Origin: Chthoniobacterales bacterium
GTDB taxonomy: Bacteria; Verrucomicrobiota; Verrucomicrobiia; Chthoniobacterales; Chthoniobacteraceae
Direction of reading: 5' to 3'
Length of the DNA stretch: 64,000 nucleotides
Assembly: GCA_038207335.1 (NCBI GenBank)
Contig: JBBQZX010000032.1
Coordinates: forward strand, 1-64,000
Below, one piece after another: positions 1 through 9,669 of this stretch. The position numbers were made by a program, and so were the translations under genes. A model generated the notes under the pieces. It was given only the letters and a program-made list of their open reading frames with translations. It searched no databases and was not told the DNA's origin. Every line of letters begins with the position of its first letter. Within the stretch, counting starts at the first letter, position 1.

Positions 1-141
1 CCCTTCGAGCCCGCCTGCATCCTCGTCTATGGCCCCGGCAAATACCGCTTCCTCGACTACGTGAAAACTGGCCTCGGCCTGACGCTGATCCTCTCAGTCG
101 TGGTGCTGCTCCTCATCCCGCTCTTCTGGCCGCTGCGGTGA
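1..141 (+). CDS. 3' end of an SLC13/DASS-family permease (partial)
   Basis: Frame 1 reads PFEPACILVYGPGKYRFLDYVKTGLGLTLILSVVVLLLIPLFWPLR*, matching the typical VYGPGxYxFxD..G C-terminus with a final TM helix. Confidence 0.75.
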   Translation, partial: PFEPACILVYGPGKYRFLDYVKTGLGLTLILSVVVLLLIPLFWPLR

Positions 142-263
142 ACGCGGCTATGAAATCCGTCAACATTCTCGCCCATTCGCGGAGGTCCGATAAAGTCTTC
201 GCTAAAAGTCATGCGTAAGCCGCGTGTATCAGCCTGTGGAGCCGCGCGAGCGTGCGCGGTTAG

Positions 264-875
264 TTAGGTGAGGAAGCGATGTTTCACCCAGCCCCGGAAC
301 TCCTCGGTCGCCGACCGCAGTTGCACCGAATAGATGGACTCTCCGCGCTTCATCACCACGCCCTCGAAGAAATCGCAACCGAGCACGCGGTTCGCATCAC
401 GGAGCCGCTGGTAAAACGCGAGCGCATCGGCGTGCAAAACGCCGCGCTGGGCTGGCGTCAGCACCACAGCGCCGCATGGGACCGGGCGCGCAGTGTCGCC
501 GGCGAAGACGGCATCGCACGGGAGAAACGATTCGAGCAGCGCGCGTCTCTCCGTGTAAGGCGGTGTGCGGGATTTGGGCACGACGTGCGTGCCGCGTCCG
601 AGATTGTGGCGACGTTCAAGAGCCTCACAATCGGCCCACACGAGGCCACTTTGGGCGAGCTTCGCGAGAGCTGCAAGCGCGGGACGGAAGCAATCAGCGA
701 TGGTGAGCAGCGCGCCATGCCGATTCCACATCGTCCCGGTCGGCGTGTGGATGAGCGTTCGCCATCCATTCAGTTTCGGCTCGGCATACCACAGCCCGCG
801 CTTGGGTGGGGCGAGTTCGAGCCGACCACCCTGAATCGGCCGCGCCGGATACGTGATCAGTGGAGGCACGTTCAT
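264..875 (-). CDS. Minimal ATP-dependent ligase-type nucleotidyltransferase (adenylation domain only)
   Basis: Motif I EPKLNGWR, motif III DCE, motif IV EGVVMKR, motif V WVK; no OB domain. Confidence 0.75.
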   Translation of the reverse strand: MNVPPLITYPARPIQGGRLELAPPKRGLWYAEPKLNGWRTLIHTPTGTMWNRHGALLTIADCFRPALAALAKLAQSGLVWADCEALERRHNLGRGTHVVPKSRTPPYTERRALLESFLPCDAVFAGDTARPVPCGAVVLTPAQRGVLHADALAFYQRLRDANRVLGCDFFEGVVMKRGESIYSVQLRSATEEFRGWVKHRFLT

Positions 876-1091
876 GGGCTTGGAGCCTCCGTCTCGGAAG
901 GCCCGGATTTCTCATTTATCAGGCGAATTGGGCCTTCGATTTCCGCAGCGTAGGTGGAGATTGCCGCGCGTCTCGGAATCACGAACAGCCTTCTGATGGA
1001 TGGCTTTTGCGGCAGCATCGAGATCGTCGAGCGACACCACGCAACGCTCGTTACCTAATATCGTCAGGACGATGTGAGCGTCAGTCTTCAT
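872..1091 (-). pseudogene. Small hypothetical gene, probably frameshifted
   Basis: ATG overlaps the DUF6573-like 3' end (MKTDAHIVLTILGNERC...); an alternative frame reads AEIEGPIRLINEKSGPSETEAPSP* and ends overlapping the ligase start. Confidence 0.35.
905..946 (+). repeat. 42-bp diverged repeat, copy A
   Basis: GGATTTCTCATTTATCAGGCGAATTGGGCCTTCGATTTCCGC aligns without gaps to 13746-13787 and 27020-27061. Confidence 0.85.
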
Positions 1092-1669
1092 CGAGCATGA
1101 GGATTGTGATGGCAGGCCTCCGATCGTCGATGTCCAGCGGGCCACAAACGGCCTTGAGGGTGACCAGTGGCGGCGTCCGGTCGCGGTTGCCGTTGCGGAC
1201 ATGGAGCTTGAACGTCATCTGCGGTCCGCTCGTGCGCCGGGCGGTCATTCTGAGCATCCACACCACATCCCAGAGCCGGCCGCTCTCGTCCTGACAGCGC
1301 ACGCCATCGGGCACGCGCACGTAGTTCTCCCATACGGCGGGTGTAAGCAAGACCGGGAACTTTCAACCCGGCCTCGCGCGCGGTTTCGCTAACGTCCACC
1401 TGCATACCATCAGCGAGCGCATCCTTGCGCGTGTAGGCGTAGATCACTTCGGCACCAGCGAACGGGTCCTCAGCCTCATCCATCAGCGCGACGTTCTCGA
1501 TGTGGCGTGTAAGTGCATCGATGCGCTTGCTCGGCCACGGCACGAATTCCAGCGGGCCGTGGATGCGCTCCATCGCCTGCCGCAACTCCGCCGCCGATTC
1601 ATCATCGGCGGCGGTGAACACTGCAGCGAGGTTCGGGTTGCTCGTCGCCGTGTTCGTCGGTGAACTCAC
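1081..1669 (-). pseudogene. DUF6573-like mobile-element protein split by a frameshift near 1355
   Basis: IYAYTRKDALADGMQVDVSETAREAG in one frame continues as LTPAVWENYV...QDESGRLWDV...LKAVCGP...PAITILMLDED in another. Confidence 0.7.
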
Positions 1670-2019
1670 CCAGCGGCCATCAGCGCGAGCAGCGGCTCCA
1701 CTGCCGCTTCGGGAATCACATCGCCTTTGATCTTCAACTCGAATGACTGCTTGAAATACCGCGCGGCGTGCTCCCCGGCGAGCCGCGTGATGGCAGGCTC
1801 ATCGCTTGTGCCCCGGTAAGAGTTGGTGAACCCAACACGCACGACCTTGCCATCTGCCGAGCGCGCCTCGACCGACGATGCAATGGCGTGCTGCCCGTGG
1901 TGGTGGGTGAAGTAGAACGGCTTCGCGATGGCGATCAACTCGGCCTTCTCCAGTTCGAGCGTCACGTGACAAGTATGACGACTGAGACGACTGAGACGAC
2001 TGCCGTTTTTGCACTTCAA
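1666..2019 (-). CDS. Hypothetical protein (start uncertain)
   Basis: ORF stop overlaps the start of the DUF6573-like gene; plausible composition. Confidence 0.5.
   Translation of the reverse strand: MKCKNGSRLSRLSRHTCHVTLELEKAELIAIAKPFYFTHHHGQHAIASSVEARSADGKVVRVGFTNSYRGTSDEPAITRLAGEHAARYFKQSFELKIKGDVIPEAAVEPLLALMAAG
1977..2002 (+). repeat. Tandem 9-mer GACGACTGA, about 3 copies
   Basis: gacgactga gacgactga gacgactg. Confidence 0.85.
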
Positions 2020-2213
2020 CTTGGCCCAGAACCGCGCCGGACGCTGGGGGGCGCATGTTCACCCCGATTCGTCGCGATGCACGCGACAGGATGCACCAAT
2101 CGCCGAACGCGAAGTTTCTAACCAACGATTCCACCCGCGATTTGGTGCATCCCTTCACACACGACATTTCCAGCGGCGAACGACGAAAACCGGCAGCAAG
2201 GACAGCGCGCCCG

Positions 2214-2443
2214 AGGTGTAAAGCACGGGCACAAAACGGGATCACCTTACACCTCACATGCACAGCGATGAAGTGCCTCAAAAGCCCGCGAGTCCTGTGT
2301 TTATCAGCCTTGGGAGCTCACGAGCGCACGCTGGGAATGGGGTGATGGCCGTGCAAAAAGTGGAAGATTCAAAAATCGAATCCTCATAGAATTGAGGTGA
2401 TGGTCCCCCAACCCAAGTGGGAGGCGCTCGCTCGTAAAAGATT
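2214..2443 (+). repeat. Non-coding motif module, copy 1 (AGGTGTAAAG-N20-ACCTTACAC ... TCGTAAAAGATT)
   Basis: The same three motifs occur in the same order and similar spacing at 30503-30746. Confidence 0.7.
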
Positions 2444-2491
2444 ACCTTGCTCGATGCGCTCACACCTCTTCGTCAATCGGCGAAGCTCGTG

Positions 2492-4096
2492 CTATGGGCT
2501 ACCGCCAAAATGGCCTCTCCAATCCGTGCGCGATGAAAGCGCCTGGGGCTTGATGTCGCCGAGGCGCTGCCCCGCGTTGAAGCTGGCCTTGCAGAAGGCA
2601 TCGTAGGCGCCGCTGGCGATTCGGAAGCAGCGCAGCGGGCCGAGTTGGCTGAGATCGCGGCAGAGTGCGTAGTGCGGATTCTTCCGCAATTCTTCGTCGA
2701 GGCGCGCGGTGAATTCTCGCGGCAGTTCACCCTCCGCGAACAAGGTGTAATTCCAGCTCCCGGCGGCATCGACCTCCGGCGCGAGCATGGCAAAACGTGG
2801 GACGAAGCCGAGCGATGCACACACCGTCTTGGTGGCGCGCGTGACGAAAGTCTCTGCGAGTTTTTCCCCGCACAAATCCGACACGCTCCCGCCGCGGCCG
2901 AGAAAGCGCAGTGACGGCGTGGCGGCAATGAAGCCGTCCACTTCCACCAGGTCGCCGAGGCGGTAGCGCCACAGTCCGCCGGCGGTTGTCACGATCACTT
3001 CGTAGATCTCGCCCGCGCGCAACTCGTGCGCGAGCCGCGGCTCGCCGCTCGCGTCGGTGAATTCGTAGAAGTGCGACGCCACGGCGACGGGATGCTGTCC
3101 GCAGAATGGGATGGAGACGAACGCCTCGGTTGCCAGCAGTCCCTTTGGCTGGACGACTGCGCGCGGTAAGCGCCGCCGCAAATCAGCGAGTGCGATCGTG
3201 GCCTGCCCGTCGCCCCAGCAGCTCACGATTCGCAGACGCGGCCAGAGCGTGTGGGCATCCACCGGGTCGGCGCGGTGCAGTTCTCTCGCGCGTTGCGGAT
3301 TCGGCGGTGCGTCCACGGCGCAGCGGACTTCCGGCGGTAGCACCGAGGTTCGAGCGCAGCCTCCGCGTTCCACATCTTGCAGCAACTCATCCCACCACGC
3401 GGGCAGCGCATCCAACAGCAGGGTGAGAAACGACGGATGCCAGACGGACACGAGCCGCAGCTCACGTTGGCGCAGCAGGCAGAGGAGCGTGACGTAACGC
3501 GAGCTTTCCACATCGCCAACGAGCCGCAACGCGGATGGCACCGCGAAGGACGCCTTGACGAATCGCCGCCGCAGACCGCCGACGTAGGCGCTGTCATCGT
3601 CGAAGCCCACGGGCACCGCAGACTTTTCGGCGGACGCCGGTATCGCGGGTGAGATCGACCAATATGCTGGGCCGAGGGCGATCGAGGGATTCTGTCGGCA
3701 GAGGTCCACTATCCACGGACCGATGGCGGCGTTCAGCTCGCGCTGAAATGTGGCGGTGAACGGAATGAGCTTGCGCCCGCCGGTGGAGCCGCTCGTCGGC
3801 AGGAGGCGCATCACGGGCTCAACGGTCAGCACGGACTGTTCGCCCCGCACGATGCGTGCGACCCACGGCTCGAGCGCCTCGTACTCCACGACCGGCACGC
3901 GCTCGCGGAATTGCTCGTAGCTGCGGATTTCGCCGAAGCCGTAAGCGCGGCCATACGCGCTCGCCGCGTTGCTCGTGAGGAGTCGGCGCAAGATTTGCCG
4001 CTGAGATTTCTCCGGGTCGTGCAGTGCCCGGTTGAAGCGCATCCACGCCGGGATGCTCGTGGCGAGCCACGCGCAGTTGGCGATGGCAGCCTTCAT
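2492..4096 (-). CDS. GH3 family acyl-adenylate-forming (amido)ligase
   Basis: TSGSTGGRKLIP P-loop, GLLATE, YEVIVTTAGGLWRYRLGD, FLGR...GEK motifs; start set at MKAAIANC, which overlaps the upstream stop. Confidence 0.9.
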   Translation of the reverse strand: MKAAIANCAWLATSIPAWMRFNRALHDPEKSQRQILRRLLTSNAASAYGRAYGFGEIRSYEQFRERVPVVEYEALEPWVARIVRGEQSVLTVEPVMRLLPTSGSTGGRKLIPFTATFQRELNAAIGPWIVDLCRQNPSIALGPAYWSISPAIPASAEKSAVPVGFDDDSAYVGGLRRRFVKASFAVPSALRLVGDVESSRYVTLLCLLRQRELRLVSVWHPSFLTLLLDALPAWWDELLQDVERGGCARTSVLPPEVRCAVDAPPNPQRARELHRADPVDAHTLWPRLRIVSCWGDGQATIALADLRRRLPRAVVQPKGLLATEAFVSIPFCGQHPVAVASHFYEFTDASGEPRLAHELRAGEIYEVIVTTAGGLWRYRLGDLVEVDGFIAATPSLRFLGRGGSVSDLCGEKLAETFVTRATKTVCASLGFVPRFAMLAPEVDAAGSWNYTLFAEGELPREFTARLDEELRKNPHYALCRDLSQLGPLRCFRIASGAYDAFCKASFNAGQRLGDIKPQALSSRTDWRGHFGGSP

Positions 4097-4809
4097 CCCG
4101 CGACCATCCGGCGACCGGCGGGCGTGAGATTGGCCGCGCTGATTTCCGTGATGCAAACCAGCTCATCGCCGCTGGTGTGGCCCGGGTTTCGAGCAAGGAA
4201 GAGCGCCACATGTGCGTCATCGGTGCGCCCTGTCGGCAAGGTAGCGAGCGGCCCGCAAAGTTTTTGCGGATGAGAAAAGCGCACGATGCCCGCCGCCGCG
4301 TCATACCCTTCGCGGTAGCGAACGGCCGCCAGATAATCGAGGAGTTGCTGTTCGCGAGGCGGCGTCAGTGCATCGTGGCGTGGATAAAATTCGCGCCAGA
4401 AAACCGGCAGAAAACGGTAGGTACGAAAGCCCGAGGTGAGCAGCAGCCAGTAGCATGGGCGCGCTGGAAAGGCGGCACGCAGATGGTTCACCGCCGCGAT
4501 CCAGGTGCGCGCCAAAACGGGGGATCCCCAAGCCTCGGGTGCGACGATTGTGTCGCCGGAGTAGATCACCGTAAGGGCGCGCCCGGCGTGCCGTTCCTCG
4601 CAAACGAGCAACGTGGAAAAGCCGAGCAGCCGCCCGTCGCGGCGGATCTCCACGACCCAGTTTTTCTCGGTGAGATCGCGCTCGAACTGGTCGCGCATCA
4701 CGCCATCAAAGTGACGCGAAAGGAGCGCAAACATCTCGTCGCGCTGCGTGTCGGCGAGTGCCTCGCGCGGGAAAAGGCCGGGGATCTTCTGGGACGGTGC
4801 ATCGGTCAT
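4093..4809 (-). CDS. Hypothetical protein, probable GNAT-like fold
   Basis: LLGFSTL, IYSGDTIVAPEAWG, YWLLLTSGFRTYRFL; translationally coupled on both sides. Confidence 0.65.
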   Translation of the reverse strand: MTDAPSQKIPGLFPREALADTQRDEMFALLSRHFDGVMRDQFERDLTEKNWVVEIRRDGRLLGFSTLLVCEERHAGRALTVIYSGDTIVAPEAWGSPVLARTWIAAVNHLRAAFPARPCYWLLLTSGFRTYRFLPVFWREFYPRHDALTPPREQQLLDYLAAVRYREGYDAAAGIVRFSHPQKLCGPLATLPTGRTDDAHVALFLARNPGHTSGDELVCITEISAANLTPAGRRMVAG

Positions 4810-5927
4810 AACAATGCGACGTCTGGCAGAAACGGGGCCTGCGTTTCGATCAGCTCAAGCGGCGTGCGTTCCGGCCAATCTACACGGTAGAGCCGGCTCG
4901 TCCAAGTTCGCGTGGAGAACCGCCGACGCATCACCGGAAGACGCGTATCAGTTGCGGGCAGCATGACCGTGAGAAATTCGACACCGAGACAAGCCGCCCA
5001 TGGAAAGAATGCCGCCACAAAATCCGGCAACACCGCGCCGACTCCGTCTGCAAATGCGAGCGGCGAGAGGAAGGCGTGTGCGAGAGCGGAGTTGGGGCGT
5101 GGCAGGCGCGGCGTGCCAAGAAAATGACTGACGAAGTTCATGATCGGTCGTGCGGCCGAAAGCGCCTTGGCATACCCACGGATCACGGTTTGCCGGAAGC
5201 CGCGCTGATCCCACAGCCCGCCACACGCGACGACTTTGCCGCCATCGATGGCGAGGAGAAATCGATCCAGCGGCAGCCCATGATCTTCAAGAGCGAGCAG
5301 CCTTTCCTCGGTCCAGACCGCAGCGAGTTGATGGCGTCGTGCGTGATCATTCAGCACGCGCAGCATCTCGGGAATGCGCTCCGGCTTGGCAGCCTCGACA
5401 CGGAGCTCCGACGCGCGCGGCCGGCTCGGCACGGCAACGAGCAGCGTGGCCAATTCCGCCAGAAATTCATATCCGGGAAGCCCCCGCGCGCCGCGTTCCA
5501 GCAGTCGGCGGGCGCGGTCGTTGTCGGCGGCGATGCTTGTAAAATAGAGGCTCGCCGGGTCATCGCGTTGCAACTCGTGAAAGAAGCGGTAGCCGTCGCG
5601 GAGGATGCTGAAACGTCCGCGCGCCGCCGCATCGAGCCGCAGTTCGGCGAGATAGCCCACGCGACGCAACGCGCCATTCATCCAGCATTCTCGCTTCGTG
5701 CAGCGACCCATGCAGACAAGCTTTTCGTTTTCAAAAGCGACGATCGTGTGGTCCTCGCCGCTCCCGAGATTTGCACCGCGAAAGTAATCCGGCTCGCGCT
5801 CGAAGCTGAGGCTGATCGCGCCGCGCATCGGATTGTCGCGCAGCAACCGACGAATCGCGGAATCGTCCGCCTCGGTCGCAACTGCGAAATGCGTGCTCAG
5901 TTCGCGGTCAGCAGCGGCCCCTGCCAT
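4806..5927 (-). CDS. Tandem-GNAT-like acyltransferase
   Basis: VGYLAELRLDAAARG acyl-CoA-binding-like motif, TSIAADNDRA; second lobe VVACGGLWDQ. Confidence 0.7.
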   Translation of the reverse strand: MAGAAADRELSTHFAVATEADDSAIRRLLRDNPMRGAISLSFEREPDYFRGANLGSGEDHTIVAFENEKLVCMGRCTKRECWMNGALRRVGYLAELRLDAAARGRFSILRDGYRFFHELQRDDPASLYFTSIAADNDRARRLLERGARGLPGYEFLAELATLLVAVPSRPRASELRVEAAKPERIPEMLRVLNDHARRHQLAAVWTEERLLALEDHGLPLDRFLLAIDGGKVVACGGLWDQRGFRQTVIRGYAKALSAARPIMNFVSHFLGTPRLPRPNSALAHAFLSPLAFADGVGAVLPDFVAAFFPWAACLGVEFLTVMLPATDTRLPVMRRRFSTRTWTSRLYRVDWPERTPLELIETQAPFLPDVALL

Positions 5928-7255
5928 GATTCGTCTCCAAGCGGAAAGTGATTTCGTCCGCTCACATCGGCACGGTGCATTTGGTTGATCAGAAAGAAGT
6001 TCCGCCACATGAAACCGTTCGCGCGGTTCACTGCATCGAAGCCGCGGCGTGCGATGCTTTTCCACGAATAAAAACGCCGCCGCGCGCCGAGGCAGCCGCG
6101 CTGCAATTCCTCCGCGCTCATGCCGTGCGGCGTGAAGGGAATTTGGTTGTAGGTGTAGCGGTCATCGAGCCACCACGCGTCGTAGCTCAGCCGATTTTCC
6201 GTCGCCAGCCGACGGTAGAGCGGCGTGCCGGGGAAGGGCGTGAGGTGATTGAACGCGGCGATATACATCGCGTGCTCCTCGGCAAAATCGACGGTCTCGG
6301 CGAAGCTCGCGGACGTGTCGCCATCGTAGCCGAAAACGAACGTGCCATAGACCCGGACGCGATGTTTCCGCAGATTCGCGAGCGCCTTTGTGAAGCCGCC
6401 GCGCGCCGTGTTGAAGGTCTTGTTCATCGCCGCAAGATTCGCGGGATTCAGGCTCTCGAAACCAATGAGCACACCCTGGCAACCGCTACGCACGAGCAGG
6501 TCGAGGAACTCCTCGTCGTGCGCCGCGTTAATGCTCGATTGCCCGACCCAGCGAATTTTCAGCGGGATGAGCGCGCGGAAGAACTCCTTCGCCTGCGCGA
6601 GGTTCGACGTGATGTTGTCGTCCACAAAAAAGAAGAGCTTTTTCTGGTTCTTGATCGCCGCCACTTCCGCGAGGATTTGATCCGCTGGCCGGCGCGTCTG
6701 ACTTTGTGAAAAGACCGTCTGCACCGCGCAGAAGTCACATTTGAAATGGCAGCCGCGCCCAGCTTCCACGAGGCCGATGGGGAGGTAGCGTTTGCCTTTG
6801 AAGATCGAGCGGTCGGGCTGCAAGCCGTCGAGCGATGGGCGGCTTTCGGAGCGATAGAATTTCTCCAGCCGTCCGTGCCGCGCGTCATCGAGCACTTCCG
6901 GCCACACGGTTTCCGCTTCACCGATGACCACGGCCTCGGCGTAGCGTCCGACTTCATCCGGGCAAAGGCTTGCGTGGAAGCCGCCCATCACGACGGGCAC
7001 CCCGCGGCGGCGATATTCGCTCGCGATCTGGTAGGCGCGTTTTGCCGTGTAGGTCTCGACACTCATCGCCACGAGGTCCGTCGGCTCGTCGAACGGGATC
7101 GTCTCCATGCGGTCGTCGTAAAAGCGCACCTCGACCTCTTGCGGCGTCAGTCCGGCCACCGTCGCGGCAGGGAGCGGCTCCATCTGCCAGGTGCGCACAT
7201 AGCCGCTATCACCGCGCCGGCGCCCGATGCAGGGATGGACGATCGTGAGCCTCAT
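5897..7255 (-). CDS. B12-binding domain radical SAM enzyme
   Basis: N-terminal cobalamin-binding domain (DLVAMS..VVMGGFHAS..GEAE), CHFKCDFC triad, FVDDN, IGFES, LTPFPGTPLY. Confidence 0.93.
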   Translation of the reverse strand: MRLTIVHPCIGRRRGDSGYVRTWQMEPLPAATVAGLTPQEVEVRFYDDRMETIPFDEPTDLVAMSVETYTAKRAYQIASEYRRRGVPVVMGGFHASLCPDEVGRYAEAVVIGEAETVWPEVLDDARHGRLEKFYRSESRPSLDGLQPDRSIFKGKRYLPIGLVEAGRGCHFKCDFCAVQTVFSQSQTRRPADQILAEVAAIKNQKKLFFFVDDNITSNLAQAKEFFRALIPLKIRWVGQSSINAAHDEEFLDLLVRSGCQGVLIGFESLNPANLAAMNKTFNTARGGFTKALANLRKHRVRVYGTFVFGYDGDTSASFAETVDFAEEHAMYIAAFNHLTPFPGTPLYRRLATENRLSYDAWWLDDRYTYNQIPFTPHGMSAEELQRGCLGARRRFYSWKSIARRGFDAVNRANGFMWRNFFLINQMHRADVSGRNHFPLGDESWQGPLLTAN

Positions 7256-8613
7256 GCGTGTGCGATTTCGACCGCGAGCGGCGCGGATGGTGCGCGACCG
7301 ATGATCCAATCGCAGTTGTAGAAACGGCTGAGATTTTGCGCGTAAAAACGGTAGCCGAGATTCGTGCCGATTCGCACCGGCCACGGCGCGGGCGAACGAC
7401 TGATACGGCGGACAATCGACTTCCAGCTGTAGGCGTGATTCCACGCGGTCTCGATCCCGAGTTGCAGCTCCTCCACGCTCATGTGGCGCGGCTGGAAGAC
7501 GACGTGCTGCGCGTCGTAGAGCTCCCAATCCTTGGTGAGGATGCGGCCCTCGGCCTCGAGCCGTTTGTAGAGCGGCGTATTCGGAAACGGTGTCACCACC
7601 GCGAAGCGCGGAAGGTCGATGCCGGCCTCCACGGCAAACTCCGCGGTCTTCATGAAAATGTCCGGCTTGTCGTCATCCAGGCCGAAGACGAAGCAGCCTT
7701 GCAGCGCGATTCCATGCGCGTGCAAACGCTCCACGACGCGGCCGTAATCGTCCGGCGAATTGAAGCCCTTGTGGTTCTGTTTAAGATTCGTCGCGGAGAT
7801 GGATTCGAGACCCATCAGCAATCCCTTGCAACCGCTGCGGCCCGCCAGTTCCAGAAGCTCGGGATCGTCCGCGAGCAACACCGTGGCAAGGCCATACCAC
7901 TGCAAGCGGAGGGGGATAAGCGCGGTGAAAAGCGCCAGCGCATAACCGCGGTGCGCGATGAGATTCAGGTCCACGAAGATGAGCTTTCGCGCGCCGTGCT
8001 GCCGGATGTCGGCGACGACTTCGGTGACTGGTTTTTGAAAAGGCTTCCGTCCCCACGCCGTCGGCACGACGCAGAAATCGCAGCTATGCACGCAGCCCCG
8101 CGTCGCCTCAAAAACATTGCTGGTGAGGAAGTGTTTCGTTGGCAGCAAGTCGCGGCGCGGAAAGGGCCGCCCGCCGATCTCAAGGCCGGCGGCCTGCCGG
8201 TATTGCCTGACCATTTTTCCGGCGACGAAATCGCGCAGGAGCTGCGGCCACGAGTCCTCGGCGTAGCCGATCACCACAGCATCCGCGTGTGGTTCCGCGT
8301 CCTCGGGGATGAGCGTGACATGCGGCCCACCCAACACCACCGCGATGCCGCGCGCGCGGAAATGATCTGCTAATTCATAAGCCCGCCGCGCGGTGCCGGT
8401 GATGACCGTGAGCGCGACCAAGTCCGCGTCGAGATCGAGCGGCACATCAGCAATTCCTTCGTCGATAAGCTGCAGCTCCGCGGGCACGTCGTCCGGCACC
8501 AACGCGGCGAGCGTCGTGAGCGTGAGCGGTTGGTACCGAAGCGACTTTTTCCAAATGCCGCCGCGATGCCGGTAAAGCGGGCCTTTGGGAGAGACAAGTG
8601 CGATTCGAATCAC
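7252..8613 (-). CDS. B12-binding domain radical SAM enzyme (second paralog)
   Basis: VVLGGPHVT, CVHSCDFC triad, MGLES, VTPFPNTPLY. Confidence 0.93.
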   Translation of the reverse strand: MIRIALVSPKGPLYRHRGGIWKKSLRYQPLTLTTLAALVPDDVPAELQLIDEGIADVPLDLDADLVALTVITGTARRAYELADHFRARGIAVVLGGPHVTLIPEDAEPHADAVVIGYAEDSWPQLLRDFVAGKMVRQYRQAAGLEIGGRPFPRRDLLPTKHFLTSNVFEATRGCVHSCDFCVVPTAWGRKPFQKPVTEVVADIRQHGARKLIFVDLNLIAHRGYALALFTALIPLRLQWYGLATVLLADDPELLELAGRSGCKGLLMGLESISATNLKQNHKGFNSPDDYGRVVERLHAHGIALQGCFVFGLDDDKPDIFMKTAEFAVEAGIDLPRFAVVTPFPNTPLYKRLEAEGRILTKDWELYDAQHVVFQPRHMSVEELQLGIETAWNHAYSWKSIVRRISRSPAPWPVRIGTNLGYRFYAQNLSRFYNCDWIIGRAPSAPLAVEIAHA

Positions 8614-8772
8614 GATCGGAAGCTATGCACGGCGACACTGAGCGGCATCATTGAAAAAACACGACTCAAGCATCGGCTTTTCGATTACCCAGCCGCGCGG
8701 GCATCAAGGTATCTATCCAAACGCCGCCGCACTCACGATGAACGCCGTCGGTCATGAAATTGAAGATGCCAC

Positions 8773-9669
8773 ATGATGACTGAATCCACTTCGCTCAATG
8801 ATGCGCGGATTGATTTCAGTCGGCGCTTCATCGCCGAGGAATTCACGCCACTGTTTCATACCCGCGAATACCGCGCGCTGCCCGATGCGGCGAGGCTGCG
8901 CTACAACCAGCTTCACGCGCTCTACTTCAACGAGCAGGTTTCGTTTTTCGAGCAGGAGATGCTCAGCCCCGCCTTGCTCGCACTGCTGCGCGGTCCGCTC
9001 CCCGCGAGCTTGGCCGAAGGGTTGCGGGTTTTTTTCGACGAAGAACAGCGGCACACGGCGGTGTTCCGCGCACTCAACCGCGACTGCGCGCCGGAACTCT
9101 ACGCAAGCAGCAATCACCACTTCATCCGAATCGCACGTCCATGGCGGGCGCTGCTCGGCGCTATGGCGGGCATGCCGCGTTATTTCCCGCTGATCATTTG
9201 GCTGGCACTGATGCAGGAGGAGCGCTCGCTCCATTACTCGAAAGGCTGCCTCGAAAAGGCCGCTGAACTGGAGCCGCATTTCGTCGCGACCCATCGGGCG
9301 CATCTCGCCGACGAGGTGGGCCACGTCGGCTGGGATGAGGAGCTGCTTGATTGGTTGTGGCCGCAGGTCGGGCGCGCCGTGCGATTCGTAAATGCCCGAC
9401 TGCTCTCTTGGATGATCGGCGAATTTTTTCTTTTGCCGAAGCGCTCCGGCCTGCGTGTCGTCGAGCAACTCGCGCAGGAGTTTCCGCAACTCGACGCCAC
9501 AACTCTGCGACGCGGGATGGACGCGCTGAGTGATGACACCGAATACCTGCAAACGCTCTACTCCCGCGAAATCACGCCGCGCACCTTTGCGCGCTTCGAC
9601 ACCCATCCCGAATTCGCGTTGCTCGCGCGAACGCTGCCCGGCTACCGTCCCGCCGGTTCCGCAAGGTGA
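8773..9669 (+). CDS. AurF-like ferritin-fold diiron oxygenase
   Basis: Ligand pattern FFE, DEEQRH, QEE, HLADEVGH. Confidence 0.8.
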   Translation: MMTESTSLNDARIDFSRRFIAEEFTPLFHTREYRALPDAARLRYNQLHALYFNEQVSFFEQEMLSPALLALLRGPLPASLAEGLRVFFDEEQRHTAVFRALNRDCAPELYASSNHHFIRIARPWRALLGAMAGMPRYFPLIIWLALMQEERSLHYSKGCLEKAAELEPHFVATHRAHLADEVGHVGWDEELLDWLWPQVGRAVRFVNARLLSWMIGEFFLLPKRSGLRVVEQLAQEFPQLDATTLRRGMDALSDDTEYLQTLYSREITPRTFARFDTHPEFALLARTLPGYRPAGSAR

